Origin: Desulfobacteraceae bacterium
GTDB lineage: Bacteria; Desulfobacterota; Desulfobacteria; Desulfobacterales; Desulfobacteraceae
Length of the DNA: 64,000 bases
Direction of reading: 5' to 3'
Assembly: GCA_024226935.1 (NCBI GenBank)
Contig: JAAELK010000222.1
Span: 27,237 to 91,236 of the forward strand
Each line of letters starts with the position of its first letter. Position 1 is the first letter of the stretch. The translations under genes and the position numbers were made by a program. The notes below the pieces were generated by a model. It was not told the DNA's origin, did no database searches, and was given only the letters and a program-made list of their open reading frames with translations. Shown piece after piece: positions 41,930 through 54,097 of this stretch.

Positions 41930-41962
41930 GGGATCAACCTGCCGGGGATTTTTGCAATATTA
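41930..41962. terminator. Bidirectional rho-independent terminator between the cyclase gene and rplQ
   Basis: The stem atccccggc-N11-gccggggat is flanked by an A-run upstream and a T-run downstream. Confidence 0.7.
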
Positions 41963-41978
41963 CCTTAAGAAAGAGTGA

Positions 41979-42335
41979 TCAATCTTGAATCAATTCAATC
42001 TGGACCATAGAGGCTACATCGCCTTTTCTGGGTCCAAGTTTAATAATTCTTGTATAACCGCCCTGTCTTGAATTAAACTTCTCTCCAACTTCATTAAACA
42101 GCGTATGAACAACATCGCTTTCCCGAATGTAGGCCAGGGCCTGTCTTCTGGCGTGTAAATCACCTCGTTTTGCCAAAGTAATCATTTTGTCGGCAATGGA
42201 TCGCAGACCTTTTGCTTTGGCTTCTGTGGTTTTAATGCTGCTGTGTTTGAACAGAGAAGTTACCATGTTTCTAAACATAGCCTTTCTATGGCTGGAGGTT
42301 CTGTTCAGTTTTAATACAGATTTTCTATGCTTCAT
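41979..42335 (-). CDS. rplQ: 50S ribosomal protein L17
   Basis: 118 aa starting '[24 protein letters not shown]'. It lies downstream of rpoA. Confidence 0.95.
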   Translation of the reverse strand: MKHRKSVLKLNRTSSHRKAMFRNMVTSLFKHSSIKTTEAKAKGLRSIADKMITLAKRGDLHARRQALAYIRESDVVHTLFNEVGEKFNSRQGGYTRIIKLGPRKGDVASMVQIELIQD

Positions 42336-42340
42336 GGAAT

Positions 42341-43363
42341 TTACTCTCCTTCCTGATTATTCTCATCTTCTGGCGGTTCAAATCCCTCAAGATCCATGCC
42401 CAGGGAAAGTTCCATGGTGTGCAGGACTTCCTTAATTTCGTTCAAGGATTTTCTACCAAAATTCTTGGTTTTAAGCATTTCACCATCTGTTTTTTGAACC
42501 AGCTGATAAATGGTATCAATCCTGGCATTTTTCAGACAATTGGAACTTCTGACAGATAGTTCCAATTCATCCACCGATCGATAAATATTTTCATTAAATC
42601 CCCGGTCTGCATCATCAGCATTGTCTTCGATGTCATCCGGTTCCATCTCCTCATCAAAATTGATAAAGGGATTCATCTGTTCCTTGAGAATTTTAGCACC
42701 AAAAGCAACGGAATCATCGGGTGTAACACTACCATCTGTCCAGACTTCCAGGGTCAACTTATCATAATCGGTTTTTTGACCGATCCTGGAAGTACCAACC
42801 ACATATTTAACACGCTTAATAGGTGCAAACACAGAATCGATTGGTATGGTGCCAATGGGTGCATCCTCATCTTTATTGACCGATGCCAGGGCATATCCCT
42901 TACCAGTTTTTACTACCATTGTCATGTTCAACAAACCATTTTTTGACAATGTAGCAATGTGCTGTTCGGGGTTAAGAATTTCAACTTTGCCGTCGGGGCT
43001 GATAATATCAGCACCAGTCACGCTGCCTTCACCCTTAGCCTGGAGGGTCAGTATTTTATCTTCCGTGTCCTCAACCCTCAATTTCAACTCTTTCAAGTTT
43101 AAAATGATCTCGGAAACATCCTCCCGAACATCGGATATAACACTATATTCATGAAGGGCATCGTCAAATTTCACAGATACAATGGCAGCGCCGTATATAG
43201 ATGACAAAACAATCCGTCGCAGAGAGTTACCGATTGTGATACCATACCCTCTCTCAAGGGGTTCGCATACGAATTTGCCATATGTTGAGGTTGTGGTAAC
43301 ATCAAGCTTTTCCGGCTTGATCATCTCTCGCCAGTTTACATATGCAAGTTTTTCAGATGACAT
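42341..43363 (-). CDS. rpoA: DNA-directed RNA polymerase subunit alpha
   Basis: 340 aa. It has '[17 protein letters not shown]'-type N-terminal-domain motifs and a C-terminal-domain '[14 protein letters not shown]'. Confidence 0.97.
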   Translation of the reverse strand: MSSEKLAYVNWREMIKPEKLDVTTTSTYGKFVCEPLERGYGITIGNSLRRIVLSSIYGAAIVSVKFDDALHEYSVISDVREDVSEIILNLKELKLRVEDTEDKILTLQAKGEGSVTGADIISPDGKVEILNPEQHIATLSKNGLLNMTMVVKTGKGYALASVNKDEDAPIGTIPIDSVFAPIKRVKYVVGTSRIGQKTDYDKLTLEVWTDGSVTPDDSVAFGAKILKEQMNPFINFDEEMEPDDIEDNADDADRGFNENIYRSVDELELSVRSSNCLKNARIDTIYQLVQKTDGEMLKTKNFGRKSLNEIKEVLHTMELSLGMDLEGFEPPEDENNQEGE

Positions 43364-43411
43364 TTAAATCTCCTGAATAAATATTTGGATAAACCATATA
43401 GAATGATGTAC

Positions 43412-44038
43412 CTATTTTGAATACAGCTCAACTATCAACTGTTCCTGGATCGGAAGAGTAATATCTTCTCGACTTGGAATGCCAACAATTTGACCTTTAA
43501 AGTTATCTTTATTAATTTCTAACCACTGGGGCACTCCTCTCCTGACAATGGCATCCAAAGAATCTGTAATAGCTTGAACTGTACGGCTTTTTTCCCGCAG
43601 TTCTATTACATCACCTTTTTTTACCTGATAGGAAGGAATATTAACCTTTTTACCATTTACGGTAAAATGGTTATGACGAACAAAGTGTCTTCCCTGGGTT
43701 CTGGAATTTACAAATCCCAACCGGTAAACAGCATTATCCATGCGGGTTTCGAGAAGGCTTAACAGGTTAGTACCAGTGATACCTTTTTGTCGATCTGCTC
43801 GCTTAAAGGCAATTCTGAATTGTTTTTCAGAAATTCCATAAATCCGGCGAACCTTTTGTTTTTCTCTTAACTGCATTCCGTAATCAGATTGTTTACTTCT
43901 TCTCTGACCGTGTTGCCCCGGCGGATAGCCTCTTCTATCATAACTGCATTTATCTGAAAAACAACGGTCGCCTTTCAAAAAAAGCTTCATATTTTCTCGT
44001 CTGCATTGACGGCAAACAGATCCTGTGTATCGTGCCAA
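43412..44038 (-). CDS. rpsD: 30S ribosomal protein S4
   Basis: 208 aa starting '[15 protein letters not shown]'. Confidence 0.97.
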   Translation of the reverse strand: MARYTGSVCRQCRRENMKLFLKGDRCFSDKCSYDRRGYPPGQHGQRRSKQSDYGMQLREKQKVRRIYGISEKQFRIAFKRADRQKGITGTNLLSLLETRMDNAVYRLGFVNSRTQGRHFVRHNHFTVNGKKVNIPSYQVKKGDVIELREKSRTVQAITDSLDAIVRRGVPQWLEINKDNFKGQIVGIPSREDITLPIQEQLIVELYSK

Positions 44039-44081
44039 CGTTCTCCTCCTTTATCACTCCAAGAACTTAATTCTGATATTT

Positions 44082-44477
44082 TTATACTCTTCTTCTTTTT
44101 GGCGGACGGCATCCATTATGGGGAACCGGTGTAACATCCTTGATCATTGAAATATTGAATCCAAGTGCATGAAGTGCTCTCAAAGCGGATTCTCTTCCAG
44201 GTCCAGGCCCTTTTACATATACGCCAATATTTTTAAGCCCATGCTCCATAGCTTTTGCACCCGCATCTTCAGCCACAAGTTTTGCAGCAAAAGGAGTACT
44301 TTTTCTGGAACCTTTAAAGCCCTGCACACCAGCACTGGACCATGATATGGTGTTACCATTTTCATCGGCTATAGTAACGATGGTGTTGTTAAACGTGGAT
44401 TGAATATGCACAATACCTGTGGATATATTCTTTCTCACCTTTTTTTTGGATACAGTTTTTTTAGACTTTTTTACCAT
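44082..44477 (-). CDS. rpsK: 30S ribosomal protein S11
   Basis: 131 aa with '[16 protein letters not shown]'. Confidence 0.97.
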   Translation of the reverse strand: MVKKSKKTVSKKKVRKNISTGIVHIQSTFNNTIVTIADENGNTISWSSAGVQGFKGSRKSTPFAAKLVAEDAGAKAMEHGLKNIGVYVKGPGPGRESALRALHALGFNISMIKDVTPVPHNGCRPPKRRRV

Positions 44478-44502
44478 AACATTAGTACCTTTTTAGATTA
44501 TC

Positions 44503-44871
44503 CTACTTTTTCTTTTTAACTGCTGTTCGTTTGGGGCCCTTTCTGGTCCGAGCATTTGTACTGGTCCGCTGACCATGACATGGAAGACCTTTACGATGAC
44601 GAAGACCTCTGTAACATCCTAGATCCATCAATCGTTTGATGTTCATGGAAACTTCGGATCGAAGCTCTCCCTCAACTTTGTACTCAGCGTCAATGACTTT
44701 TCTGATTTCATTAACTTGTACTTCCGTCAGATCATTTGCTTTTGTAGTTGGATCAATACCTGTTTTTTCAAGTATGAGCTTTGATCTGCTGCCCCCGATA
44801 CCATAAATATAAGTCAAGGCGATCCATGCGTGTTTATCTCTTGGTAAATCTACTCCTGCGATACGTGCCAA
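44503..44871 (-). CDS. rpsM: 30S ribosomal protein S13
   Basis: 122 aa starting '[13 protein letters not shown]'. Confidence 0.97.
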   Translation of the reverse strand: MARIAGVDLPRDKHAWIALTYIYGIGGSRSKLILEKTGIDPTTKANDLTEVQVNEIRKVIDAEYKVEGELRSEVSMNIKRLMDLGCYRGLRHRKGLPCHGQRTSTNARTRKGPKRTAVKKKK

Positions 44872-44883
44872 ATTTCCTTCCCC

Positions 44884-44997
44884 CTATCCCTGACGCTGTT
44901 TATGGCGCTTGTTTATACAAATGACTCTTATGACACCACGTCTCTTAATCACTTTGCAATCTCTACAAATTTGTTTAACAGATGCTCTTACTTTCAT
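44884..44997 (-). CDS. rpmJ: 50S ribosomal protein L36 (not in the supplied ORF track because it is under 60 aa)
   Basis: Hand translation of the minus strand gives [37 protein letters not shown]. Confidence 0.93.
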   Translation of the reverse strand: MKVRASVKQICRDCKVIKRRGVIRVICINKRHKQRQG

Positions 44998-45056
44998 CCA
45001 TTTACTCCTAATTTCGATTTGTATTTTTTATCAATTTCAATTTATTTGATAAAAAA

Positions 45057-45275
45057 TTATTTAAATCTATATGTAATTCTACCACGACTTAAATCGTAGG
45101 GTGATATTTCAACTGTCACCCTGTCACCTGGTAAAATTTTTATAAAATGCATTCTCATTTTACCGGAAATATGGGCCAACAAAACATGTTTGTTTTCCAG
45201 CTCTACTTTGAACATGGCATTGGGCAATGTTTCTAATACTTTCCCGTCAACTTTGATGGGTTCTTCTTTTGCCAT
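45057..45275 (-). CDS. infA: Translation initiation factor IF-1
   Basis: 72 aa starting '[28 protein letters not shown]'. Confidence 0.97.
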   Translation of the reverse strand: MAKEEPIKVDGKVLETLPNAMFKVELENKHVLLAHISGKMRMHFIKILPGDRVTVEISPYDLSRGRITYRFK

Positions 45276-45313
45276 AATTTTATTTCATCTCCTATTGGTT
45301 TAGAATGTTTAAT

Positions 45314-46633
45314 TTAGGATCTACTCTTGATACGTTTTGACCCGGACCTTCCCAAAAAACCATCGTAATTACCAGAGATCAAATGGGACTCAATCTGGGA
45401 AATAGTATCAATAGCCACCCCGACAACAATCAAGAGGGCGGTACCGCCGAAATAAAATGGGACATTAAATTTATGCATCAGCATGGTAGGTAGAACACAA
45501 ACTGCAGAGACATATACAGCACCGCCGACGGTAATTCGTGTCAACACCCTGTCAATATAATCAGCAGTCTTTTTCCCTGGTCTGATACCAGGAATATATC
45601 CCCCATTCTTTTTCATATTGTCAGCCACATCTTCCGGATTAAACTGAACAGCTGTATAAAAAAAGCAGAAAAAGATAATAAATCCAATATATAGGAAATA
45701 ATACCAGATAGTACCCGGACTGAACAAGCCAGCAACCATCTGCATGGCCGGTATATTAATAAACTGGGCCAGGGTGGTCGGAAACATTATTATGGAAGAT
45801 GCAAAAATCGGCGGTATAACACCGGCGGTATTGATCTTCAATGGAAGATGAGATGTCTGTCCCCCATACATTTTCCGTCCAACAACCCGTTTTGCGTAAT
45901 GAACCGGTATCCGCCGCTGGGCCTGTTCCATATAAATGATACAGGCAACAACAATAACCATCAAGACAATCAGGAGAATCAGGGAAAAAATACCCATCTC
46001 ACCCGTACTCATCAACTGAACAGTCTTTCCAAATGCCGACGGCATATTTGCAACAATACCGGCAAATATGATCAAGGAGATACCGTTGCCGATACCCCGC
46101 TCGGTAATCTGCTCCCCCAGCCACATGATAAATGCGGTACCGGCAGTCAAAGTAATAATAGTAATCAAACGGAATGACCATCCAGGATGGGGTACTATGG
46201 CAACGCCTGCAGGAGAAGTCATAGCTTCCAACCCCACACTGATACCAAAACCCTGGATAATACTTAACAGGACAGTTCCATATCGAGTATATTGGGTTTT
46301 CTTTTTCCGGCCCGCATCCCCTTCTTTCTTCAACTGGTCAAGGTGAGGAACAACCACTGTCATCAATTCTAAAATAATAGATGAACTGATGTAAGGCATG
46401 ATCCCCAAAGCGAAGATGGAAAGCCTCTGTAAAGCTCCGCCTGAGAACATATTGAACATAGAAAATAAGGTCCCTGATGCAGAGGCAAAAAAGGATTCTA
46501 ATGCTGTACCGTCGATCCCGGGTGTCGGCACATGAACGCCCACACGATATACAAACAGCAATGCAAGTGTAATTAATAGTTTGCGTTTGAGATCAGGAAG
46601 TTTAAATAAATTCTGGTAGCTGTTCTCGATCAT
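45314..46633 (-). CDS. secY: Preprotein translocase subunit SecY
   Basis: 439 aa with 10 TMs and 'LFSMFNMFSGGALQRLSIFALGIMPYISSSII'. Confidence 0.97.
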   Translation of the reverse strand: MIENSYQNLFKLPDLKRKLLITLALLFVYRVGVHVPTPGIDGTALESFFASASGTLFSMFNMFSGGALQRLSIFALGIMPYISSSIILELMTVVVPHLDQLKKEGDAGRKKKTQYTRYGTVLLSIIQGFGISVGLEAMTSPAGVAIVPHPGWSFRLITIITLTAGTAFIMWLGEQITERGIGNGISLIIFAGIVANMPSAFGKTVQLMSTGEMGIFSLILLIVLMVIVVACIIYMEQAQRRIPVHYAKRVVGRKMYGGQTSHLPLKINTAGVIPPIFASSIIMFPTTLAQFINIPAMQMVAGLFSPGTIWYYFLYIGFIIFFCFFYTAVQFNPEDVADNMKKNGGYIPGIRPGKKTADYIDRVLTRITVGGAVYVSAVCVLPTMLMHKFNVPFYFGGTALLIVVGVAIDTISQIESHLISGNYDGFLGRSGSKRIKSRS

Positions 46634-46663
46634 CTATATATCCTTACATCAATTCTATATAAG

Positions 46664-47101
46664 TTATTCTATACTGCCACCGGCAGATACGATCTTTTCT
46701 TTAGCCGTTTTGGAGACAACAATATTCTTTAAAACAAATTTCTTTTGTGTGTCACCATTACCGAGAAGCTTCGCCCCGTCGACTTTACCTTTAACCAGAC
46801 CAACCTGTCTTAAGATATCCATATCAATGGTTGTCCCATCTTCAAATCTATCTTCCAGGTCTTCAATATTTAAAACAGCATATTTTGTTTTAAATATATT
46901 GGTAAAACCCCGTTTGGGAAGCCGACGATAGATGGGCATCTGACCACCTTCAAATCCAGGCCTTACATTTCCGCCTGAACGGGCTTTGAGTCCCTTATGT
47001 CCCCTGGTGGAAGTCTTACCCATACCAGAGCCTGGTCCCCTACCAACCCGTTTCCGGGCTTTTCTGCTGCCGGGAGCAGGTGCTAAATCATGAAGTTGCA
47101 T
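46664..47101 (-). CDS. rplO: 50S ribosomal protein L15
   Basis: 145 aa starting 'MQLHDLAPAPGSRK'. Confidence 0.96.
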   Translation of the reverse strand: MQLHDLAPAPGSRKARKRVGRGPGSGMGKTSTRGHKGLKARSGGNVRPGFEGGQMPIYRRLPKRGFTNIFKTKYAVLNIEDLEDRFEDGTTIDMDILRQVGLVKGKVDGAKLLGNGDTQKKFVLKNIVVSKTAKEKIVSAGGSIE

Positions 47102-47102
47102 A

Positions 47103-47285
47103 TTACACCTCCTCCACTTTCACCAGATGTGAAACTTTATTAATCTGTCCTAAAATGACAGGATCCTTAGTGTGCTCTACTGTATGATGCATCCGCTTGA
47201 TGCCAAGGGAGCGAATAATTCGTCCCTGTATAGCCGGACGCCCTATGGTGCTTTTTATCTGTGTAATTTTGAGTTTCTCAGTCAT
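47103..47285 (-). CDS. rpmD: 50S ribosomal protein L30
   Basis: 60 aa with 'LKITQIKSTIGRP'. Confidence 0.95.
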   Translation of the reverse strand: MTEKLKITQIKSTIGRPAIQGRIIRSLGIKRMHHTVEHTKDPVILGQINKVSHLVKVEEV

Positions 47286-47296
47286 TGCAAACCTCT

Positions 47297-47791
47297 TTAT
47301 ATCTCTTCAGGTCTAAGGCCACGTCTTTTAGCAACCTCTTCTTTAGAACAAAGGGACTGGAGACCAGCCATGGTTGCTCTGACAATATTCTGGGTGTTGT
47401 GAGTACCAATACATTTAGTCAGGATATCAGTAACACCGACGGCTTCAAGAACCGCACGGATACCACCGCCAGCAATCAATCCTGTTCCTGGAGAAGCAGG
47501 TTTCAAAAGCACTCGACCGGCACCAGCGTGACCAACAACCTCAAAAGGTACAGTACCATTCAGAAGGGATATTTTAACCATATTCCGTTTGGCTTTTTCC
47601 ATACCTTTTTTAATGGCTTCTGGAACCTCGGTAGCCTTACCAAGACCATATCCAACGCTGCCTTCACCATCCCCAACCACAACCAATGCACTGAAACTAA
47701 AGTTTCGACCGCCTTTTACAACTTTTGCAACACGGTTGATTCTTACAACCTTATCTATTAAACCATTATCTTCCATTTGTTGTCTTGCCAA
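47297..47791 (-). CDS. rpsE: 30S ribosomal protein S5
   Basis: 164 aa with '[24 protein letters not shown]'. Confidence 0.97.
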   Translation of the reverse strand: MARQQMEDNGLIDKVVRINRVAKVVKGGRNFSFSALVVVGDGEGSVGYGLGKATEVPEAIKKGMEKAKRNMVKISLLNGTVPFEVVGHAGAGRVLLKPASPGTGLIAGGGIRAVLEAVGVTDILTKCIGTHNTQNIVRATMAGLQSLCSKEEVAKRRGLRPEEI

Positions 47792-47807
47792 GGGTCTTCC
47801 TCCTTAA

Positions 47808-48176
47808 TTAGAATATCAAACCGGCTTCACGGGCCGCGTCTGAAAGCGCTTTGATACGACCATGATATAAAAATCCATTTCTGTCCAGAACTACCTTTGT
47901 AATTCCTTTATCAATAGCCCTTTTGCCAATAAGGTTTCCAACCGCCTTTGCAAGTTCCTGTTTTTTTCCGGCCACAGGATTTTCTTTGTATTCCTTATCC
48001 ATGGTAGATGCAGATGCAAGGGTTACCCCTTGTGTATCATCAATGATCTGTACATAAATATGTTTTGCAGTTCTGAAAACACTCATTCTCGGACGATCCT
48101 GCTTTCCAAAAATACTCTTTCTGATTCGTTTTTTTCTTTTAAGCCTTGATACAAGCCTTGGAGATGTATTTCCCAT
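47808..48176 (-). CDS. rplR: 50S ribosomal protein L18
   Basis: 122 aa with '[19 protein letters not shown]'. Confidence 0.96.
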   Translation of the reverse strand: MGNTSPRLVSRLKRKKRIRKSIFGKQDRPRMSVFRTAKHIYVQIIDDTQGVTLASASTMDKEYKENPVAGKKQELAKAVGNLIGKRAIDKGITKVVLDRNGFLYHGRIKALSDAAREAGLIF

Positions 48177-48196
48177 AATCTTTATATTCCCACCTA

Positions 48197-48739
48197 TTAG
48201 TCTTTACCAGCAGTCTTACCAGCTTTTCTGATAATTCTTTCATCTGAATACATGATACCTTTGCCTTTATAGGGCTCGGGAGGTCTTATAGCTCTGATAT
48301 TTGCTGCCGCCTGACCAAGAAGTTCTTTATCGATACAAGTCAGGGTAATTTCCGTATTTTTTTCAACCTTGGCAGAAACTCCACCAGGAAGTTCAAAATC
48401 GACCGGGTTTGAATATCCAACATTTAATACAAGGTTACTTCCCTTTGTTTCGGCACGATATCCGATTCCGGAAAGAAGAAGTTTCTTTTCATAACCAGTG
48501 GTAACACCGGCGACCATATTAAAAATCAAAGATCTGAACAGTCCCTGGAGGGCCATTTTTTTCTTATCTTTAAGGTCTGTTTTAACTTCTAAAACGTTGT
48601 CATTAATTTCCACATCAATCGCCGGGTGCAATTTTCGATCAAGCTGGCCTTTAGGCCCCTTAACATTAATCATGTCTCCATCAAGGGTAATGACCACCTT
48701 ATCTGGAAGCTGAACCGGCTGTTTTCCTATTCTAGACAT
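48197..48739 (-). CDS. rplF: 50S ribosomal protein L6
   Basis: 180 aa starting '[15 protein letters not shown]'. Confidence 0.96.
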   Translation of the reverse strand: MSRIGKQPVQLPDKVVITLDGDMINVKGPKGQLDRKLHPAIDVEINDNVLEVKTDLKDKKKMALQGLFRSLIFNMVAGVTTGYEKKLLLSGIGYRAETKGSNLVLNVGYSNPVDFELPGGVSAKVEKNTEITLTCIDKELLGQAAANIRAIRPPEPYKGKGIMYSDERIIRKAGKTAGKD

Positions 48740-48753
48740 ATTCTACTCCTGTC

Positions 48754-49152
48754 TTACCATACGTTACAAAGAATTTCACCGCCGACGTTCGCTTCGATAG
48801 CCTGTTTGTCCGTCATCAACCCCTTTGAAGTTGAAACGATGGAAATACCCAGACCGTTTAAAACCGGCTTAATCTGTTTTGCCTTATTATAAACCCTGCA
48901 AGAAGGTTTACTAACTCGGTCAATGCCATAAATTGTGGGTTTGCCGTCAGAAACATATTTTAGATAGACACGCAGGACTCCCTGTGTCTCATTTTCAAGA
49001 AATTTGTAATCTTTGATATATCCTTGCTCTTTAAGCACCCGCACCATTTCAACTTTGATCGTTGATCCGGGGATATCCACTTTAGCAAGACTTGCTTTTC
49101 CACCATTTCTTATGCTAGTAAGCATGTCTGCAATTGGATCACTAATTGCCAT
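48754..49152 (-). CDS. rpsH: 30S ribosomal protein S8
   Basis: 132 aa starting 'MAISDPIADMLTSIRNG'. Confidence 0.97.
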   Translation of the reverse strand: MAISDPIADMLTSIRNGGKASLAKVDIPGSTIKVEMVRVLKEQGYIKDYKFLENETQGVLRVYLKYVSDGKPTIYGIDRVSKPSCRVYNKAKQIKPVLNGLGISIVSTSKGLMTDKQAIEANVGGEILCNVW

Positions 49153-49220
49153 TTTTACTCTCCTTAAAATCCACTGATATTAAAATTTGTTATTAACAAT
49201 TTTATTCAGAATTTGTTTTT

Positions 49221-49406
49221 TTACCAACTTGATTTGGTAACACCAGGTAGTTTACCTTCAGAAGCAAGTGTCCGGAAACAAATTCTGCAAATACCAGCTT
49301 TTCTGATAAATGCTCTTGGTCTACCGCATAAGGGGCATCTGTTATACGCACGTACAGCAAACTTAGGTGTTCTTCCCGCCTTTGCGATTAAAGCTTTTTT
49401 AGCCAA
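49221..49406 (-). CDS. rpsN: 30S ribosomal protein S14, type Z (zinc-binding)
   Basis: 61 aa with '[23 protein letters not shown]'. Confidence 0.95.
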   Translation of the reverse strand: MAKKALIAKAGRTPKFAVRAYNRCPLCGRPRAFIRKAGICRICFRTLASEGKLPGVTKSSW

Positions 49407-49425
49407 GCTTTCCTCCTTAAGATCC

Positions 49426-49965
49426 TTAGTTTTTGAAGGGCATTCCCAGAAGTTTCAGGAAAACTCTGCCTTCTTCATCGGTTTTAGCTGTGGTCACAAC
49501 CGTAATATTAAGACCCTTAATACTCTCGGTCTTATCATAGTCAATTTCAGGAAATATAATATGCTCAGTAATACCCATGCTAAAATTGCCACGGCCATCA
49601 AAAGATTTCCCAGGTATTCCTCTAAAATCCCTCACACGAGGTAATGCGATATTAACAAGTCTGTCAAAAAAATCAAACATTTTTTCACGACGCAGGGTCA
49701 CCTTGCATCCGATGGGAAGATCTGCACGCAGCTTGAAGTTTGCAATGGGTTTTTTAGCCCTTGTAACAACAGTTTTCTGTCCGGCAATCAATGTCAGTTC
49801 CTGGGCGGCAACTTCCACAATTTTCGGATTTCTGACAGCTTCACCCAATCCCATGTTCAATACAATTTTCTCAAGCTTGGGTACCTGTAATTCATTTACG
49901 TAATTAAAGGTGTCCCTCAGCTTAGGAACGACTTCGTTAATATATTTTTCCTTAAGAGTGGTCAT
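49426..49965 (-). CDS. rplE: 50S ribosomal protein L5
   Basis: 179 aa with '[16 protein letters not shown]'. Confidence 0.97.
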   Translation of the reverse strand: MTTLKEKYINEVVPKLRDTFNYVNELQVPKLEKIVLNMGLGEAVRNPKIVEVAAQELTLIAGQKTVVTRAKKPIANFKLRADLPIGCKVTLRREKMFDFFDRLVNIALPRVRDFRGIPGKSFDGRGNFSMGITEHIIFPEIDYDKTESIKGLNITVVTTAKTDEEGRVFLKLLGMPFKN

Positions 49966-49986
49966 TTATTCTCTCCGGTTTTGGTT

Positions 49987-50316
49987 TTAAGAATCTATCT
50001 GCTGATTGCATTTTTTGCAGATTCTGACCCGTTTACCATCTTCCAGTTGTTTAATACCAATCCGAGTAGGTTTTACACAGGAGTTGCACATGACCATGAT
50101 ATTGGACACATCAATGGGCATGTTTTTATCAACAATACCACCTTGTGCATTTGCCTGGGTAGGTCTCTGATGGACTTTCACAACATTAATATTTTCAACA
50201 ACAACGCGACTGGTTTTTTTGACAACTTTCAATACTTTCCCGATCTTACCCTTATCTTTTCCGGTGAGTACTTTAACCTTGTCATTCTTTTTAATTCTTA
50301 TCTTTACAGCTTCCAT
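49987..50316 (-). CDS. rplX: 50S ribosomal protein L24
   Basis: The internal ATG at 50316 was chosen; it has SD 'ggaga' 8 nt upstream and avoids overlap with rplN. The protein contains '[24 protein letters not shown]'. Confidence 0.93.
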   Translation of the reverse strand: MEAVKIRIKKNDKVKVLTGKDKGKIGKVLKVVKKTSRVVVENINVVKVHQRPTQANAQGGIVDKNMPIDVSNIMVMCNSCVKPTRIGIKQLEDGKRVRICKKCNQQIDS

Positions 50317-50341
50317 GGAATTTTCTCCAATAACCCGATAA

Positions 50342-50710
50342 TTAAAGTACGTCTGGGGCAAGAGAGACTATTTTCATAAATCTTTTAGCCCTTAATTCCC
50401 TTGCCACAGGACCAAAGATACGGGTACCTATCGGTTCATTATTTTTACTTAAAATTACAGCAGAGTTGTCATCAAATCTGATGGACGATCCATCCGGTCT
50501 GGATATCTCTTTTTTAGTTCTAACAATAACCGCCTGGACAACGTCCCCTTTGCTAACCTTTGCATTGGGAATCGCTTCTTTAACAGAAACAACTATAATG
50601 TCTCCAATGCTTGCGTATCTTCTTTTAGATCCGCCCAGTACCTTAATGCAGTACAGTTCCTTTGCTCCGGAGTTATCTGCTACAGTAAGTCTGCTTTCAG
50701 TCTGAATCAT
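50342..50710 (-). CDS. rplN: 50S ribosomal protein L14
   Basis: 122 aa starting '[18 protein letters not shown]'. Confidence 0.97.
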   Translation of the reverse strand: MIQTESRLTVADNSGAKELYCIKVLGGSKRRYASIGDIIVVSVKEAIPNAKVSKGDVVQAVIVRTKKEISRPDGSSIRFDDNSAVILSKNNEPIGTRIFGPVARELRAKRFMKIVSLAPDVL

Positions 50711-50726
50711 TTCACAACTCCTTTAG

Positions 50727-50987
50727 CTAAACCGCTTTTTTAACAATCTCGGTCACCCGGAAACGTTTAAGCTTACTCAACGGCCTGGTCTCGATGATTT
50801 TCACTTCATCACCAATCCTGCACTCATTTGTTTCATCATGGGCATGGTACTTTTTATACCGTTTGATGAATTTTTTATAAACTTTATGCTGAACAAATCT
50901 TTCGACTTGAACAACTACTGATTTATCCATTTTATCGGATACAATCAGCCCCATCAGCTCTTTTTTATTTTTTTGAATATTTTCCAT
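50727..50987 (-). CDS. rpsQ: 30S ribosomal protein S17
   Basis: 86 aa with '[18 protein letters not shown]'. Confidence 0.95.
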   Translation of the reverse strand: MENIQKNKKELMGLIVSDKMDKSVVVQVERFVQHKVYKKFIKRYKKYHAHDETNECRIGDEVKIIETRPLSKLKRFRVTEIVKKAV

Positions 50988-51003
50988 ATCTATAACTCTT
51001 ACA

Positions 51004-51201
51004 TTAAATAATGTTTAAATTCATTTCTTTTGATATTGTATAGAGTCTGGCAATATCTTTTTTGACATTTGAAAGAGTCGCTGTGTTCTCAAGCTGTCCA
51101 ACATCATTTTGAAAACGAAGATTGAAAAGTTCTTTTTTGAGTTCAACAAGCTTCTCTTTAATCTGATCTGCACCCATTTCTTTAATCTCGCTGATCTTCA
51201 T
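51004..51201 (-). CDS. rpmC: 50S ribosomal protein L29
   Basis: 65 aa with '[11 protein letters not shown]'. Confidence 0.95.
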   Translation of the reverse strand: MKISEIKEMGADQIKEKLVELKKELFNLRFQNDVGQLENTATLSNVKKDIARLYTISKEMNLNII

Positions 51202-51203
51202 CT

Positions 51204-51614
51204 TTATTTACTCCTTTCCACAAATCGTGTTTTTATGGAAAGCTTTCTTGCAGCAAGTCGAAGGGCTTCTTTTGCCAAGTCTCTTGGAATTCCTTCCATT
51301 TCATAAAGGATTTTACCTGGCTTAATTCTGGCGACCCAAGCGTCGGTTGCACCCTTTCCCTTACCCATTCTAACCTCTGCAGGTTTTTTTGTAACAGGAT
51401 GGTCCGGGAAAAACCTGATCCAACTCTTACCAGCTCTTTTTGCATGTCTGGTCATCGCCACTCTTGCCGCTTCAATTTGTCTTGCATTTATATATCCGCA
51501 TTCCACAGCCTGAAGACCGAACTCACCAAAACTCAAGGTATTTCCCCTGGTGGGAACCCCTTTGGTTCTACCACGGAACTCTTTACGGAATTTTACATTT
51601 TTTGGACTGAGCAT
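51204..51614 (-). CDS. rplP: 50S ribosomal protein L16
   Basis: 136 aa starting '[16 protein letters not shown]'. Confidence 0.97.
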   Translation of the reverse strand: MLSPKNVKFRKEFRGRTKGVPTRGNTLSFGEFGLQAVECGYINARQIEAARVAMTRHAKRAGKSWIRFFPDHPVTKKPAEVRMGKGKGATDAWVARIKPGKILYEMEGIPRDLAKEALRLAARKLSIKTRFVERSK

Positions 51615-51636
51615 TTGCTTTTTCTCCTAATCGCCT

Positions 51637-52290
51637 CTATTTTGTCGCCAAAGCCTTTTCGCCGGGACGCAACACCTCACCTTTAAAAATAAAAGTCTTG
51701 ATGCCAATCAGTCCGTATGTGGTTTTTGCTTCTATAAAGCCGTAATCCACATCTGCCCGCAATGTATGCAACGGAATCCGTCCTTCCTTATACCATTCAG
51801 TTCTTGCCATTTCAGCCCCGCCCAAACGACCGGCGCAGATAATTTTAATACCCTTGGCACCGAATCTCATGGCTGTAGAAACACTTCGTTTCATAGCCCG
51901 CCTGAAGGCGATTCTTCTTTCCAATTGCTGAGCAATATTTTCAGCAACAAGTTGTGCATCAATCTCTGGCCTTCTGACCTCTTTGATATCAATGAGAACA
52001 GCCGGGGAGATCATATTTTCAAGCTCTTTTTTGAGCAATGCGATTTCAGACCCTTTTTTACCGATAATAATACCCGGTCTTGCGGCAAACACCCGAAGTC
52101 GTATCTGTTTTGAAAATCGTTCGATTTCTATTTTTGATATGCCGGCGTGATAGAGTTTCTTTTTCAAAAATTTTCTAACTTTGAAATCTTCTTCAACAAA
52201 AGAAGCATACTCTTTGTCTGCATACCATCTAGAATCCCATGTCCTGATGATGCCTAATCTTAATCCGGTAGGATGTACTTTCTGACCCAA
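51637..52290 (-). CDS. rpsC: 30S ribosomal protein S3
   Basis: 217 aa starting '[14 protein letters not shown]'. Confidence 0.97.
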   Translation of the reverse strand: MGQKVHPTGLRLGIIRTWDSRWYADKEYASFVEEDFKVRKFLKKKLYHAGISKIEIERFSKQIRLRVFAARPGIIIGKKGSEIALLKKELENMISPAVLIDIKEVRRPEIDAQLVAENIAQQLERRIAFRRAMKRSVSTAMRFGAKGIKIICAGRLGGAEMARTEWYKEGRIPLHTLRADVDYGFIEAKTTYGLIGIKTFIFKGEVLRPGEKALATK

Positions 52291-52306
52291 GCCTGTTCCT
52301 CCTTAT

Positions 52307-52642
52307 TTAAACAGCTTCACTAACGATAACTGTTATATGACTGGTTCGTTTCAAAATTCGACTGGCTCTTCCTCTGGCCCGCGGCCTAAACCGTTTCATG
52401 GAAGCCCCTTGATCGACAATGATATTCTTTACAACCAGTTTGTCCACGTCCAGTTCGTTATTGTGCTCGGCATTGGCAATTGCTGACTGCAATGTTTTAT
52501 AAATTATTCCGGCAGCTTTAACTGGCATAAACTTTAGTATTGTCAACGCCTGCCCGGCTTTCTTACCTTTCACTTCATTGATCGGCAACCGGAGCTTAAG
52601 TGCTGAAGTCCTTGTATGTCTTGTAGTTGCTTTTACTTCCAT
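52307..52642 (-). CDS. rplV: 50S ribosomal protein L22
   Basis: 111 aa. It sits in the L22 position and contains '[22 protein letters not shown]'. Confidence 0.95.
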   Translation of the reverse strand: MEVKATTRHTRTSALKLRLPINEVKGKKAGQALTILKFMPVKAAGIIYKTLQSAIANAEHNNELDVDKLVVKNIIVDQGASMKRFRPRARGRASRILKRTSHITVIVSEAV

Positions 52643-52673
52643 ATCACTAGTGTCCTTTAATCACGTACGCAGA

Positions 52674-52949
52674 TTACCGTCTGGCTTTCTTATCTCCGGC
52701 ATGACCCCAAAATGTTCTCGTAGGTGAAAATTCACCAAGCTTATGACCCACCATATTTTCAGAAACAAAAACAGGAATGAATTTTCTTCCATTGTGGACG
52801 GCAAAGGTGACACCTACCATTTCAGGAAAAATGGTTGATCTTCTAGACCAGGTCTTAATAACTTTATTGTTTTTAACCTTGTTCGCCCCAAGAACTTTTT
52901 TTAAAAGTTCAGCAGCAATATAAGGTCCTTTTTTTAACGATCTTGGCAT
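52674..52949 (-). CDS. rpsS: 30S ribosomal protein S19
   Basis: 91 aa starting '[11 protein letters not shown]'. Confidence 0.97.
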   Translation of the reverse strand: MPRSLKKGPYIAAELLKKVLGANKVKNNKVIKTWSRRSTIFPEMVGVTFAVHNGRKFIPVFVSENMVGHKLGEFSPTRTFWGHAGDKKARR

Positions 52950-52962
52950 AATTATTCACCTA

Positions 52963-53796
52963 TTACTTTCTCTTAGCCCTTCTTTTAACAATATACCGAT
53001 CCGTTCTGGCATTATTCCTGGTTCGTTTACCTTTAGTGGGAACACCCCAGGGAGTACAAGGCTGGCGACCACCGGATGAACGGCCTTCACCACCACCCAT
53101 TGGATGATCCACAGGGTTCATGGCAACACCACGAACTGAGGGACGACGTCCCATCCACCGGGAACGACCGGCCTTACCGATACTAACATCACCGTGTTTT
53201 TCATTACCAACTCTACCAACGGTTGCCTTACACTTCACATGAATCATACGAACTTCACCGGAGGGTAACAATACCTGAGCGTAGGTACCTTCTTTAGCCA
53301 TAAGCCTGGCATATCCGCCTGCGCTTCTGACAATCTGGCCACCTTTGTTCTCCTTGAGTTCGATATTATGAATTCTGGTACCAGTGGGGATATTTTCAAG
53401 GGGCATACAATTACCAGGCTTGATATCCGCTTCCGATCCAGTTTCCAGAACATCACCCACTTTAACTTCCAAGGGCGCCAAAATATATCGTTTTTCTCCA
53501 TCAGCATAAACCAAAAGTGCTATTCTGGCACTTCTATTGGGATCATATTCAATGGCCGAGACTTTGGCTGGAATTCCATCCTTGTCCCGTTTAAAATCGA
53601 TAATACGATATTTCTTTTTTGCCCCGCCACCTCTGTGCTTGCTAGTGATTCTTCCGTAGCAATTCCGACCGGCCCGTTTATTTATACTTTTGGTCAGACT
53701 TCTTTCAGGTTTTGTTTTAGTAATTTCTTCAAAAGAAAGGTATTCCTGAGAACGTCTACCGGGAGATGTCGGTTTTGTCTTGATTATTGTTGACAT
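52963..53796 (-). CDS. rplB: 50S ribosomal protein L2
   Basis: 277 aa with '[16 protein letters not shown]' and '[14 protein letters not shown]'. Confidence 0.97.
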   Translation of the reverse strand: MSTIIKTKPTSPGRRSQEYLSFEEITKTKPERSLTKSINKRAGRNCYGRITSKHRGGGAKKKYRIIDFKRDKDGIPAKVSAIEYDPNRSARIALLVYADGEKRYILAPLEVKVGDVLETGSEADIKPGNCMPLENIPTGTRIHNIELKENKGGQIVRSAGGYARLMAKEGTYAQVLLPSGEVRMIHVKCKATVGRVGNEKHGDVSIGKAGRSRWMGRRPSVRGVAMNPVDHPMGGGEGRSSGGRQPCTPWGVPTKGKRTRNNARTDRYIVKRRAKRK

Positions 53797-53808
53797 ATAT
53801 ATACCTCT

Positions 53809-54096
53809 TTAAACACCTTCAAAAAAATCAATTCGTTGTCCTGGCATCAGTGTGACAATGGCTTTTTTCCAATCTTTCTTTTTGCCAATAATCTTACCGC
53901 GCTGTTTAACCTTACCTTTGACCTGAATCGTTCTGACCTGTTTCACTTTGGTATTGAAGTTTTTTTCAACAGCCTCTTTAATTTCGACTCGATTGGCAGT
54001 TTTATCTACTTTAAAGGTCAGCTGATTGTTGATCTCTTTCTGAAGAGTTGTTTTTTCAGTAACAAGAGGTCCTCTGATTATATCATATTCTCTCAT
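53809..54096 (-). CDS. rplW: 50S ribosomal protein L23
   Basis: 95 aa with '[11 protein letters not shown]'. Confidence 0.95.
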   Translation of the reverse strand: MREYDIIRGPLVTEKTTLQKEINNQLTFKVDKTANRVEIKEAVEKNFNTKVKQVRTIQVKGKVKQRGKIIGKKKDWKKAIVTLMPGQRIDFFEGV

Positions 54097-54097
54097 C

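Noticed and set aside
50317-50361. 15-codon N-terminal extension of rplX, and the similar 8-codon extension of rpsL at 57937-57960
   Set aside because: The extensions overlap the upstream gene or lack an SD. The internal ATGs have good SDs and give canonical L24 and S12 N-termini.
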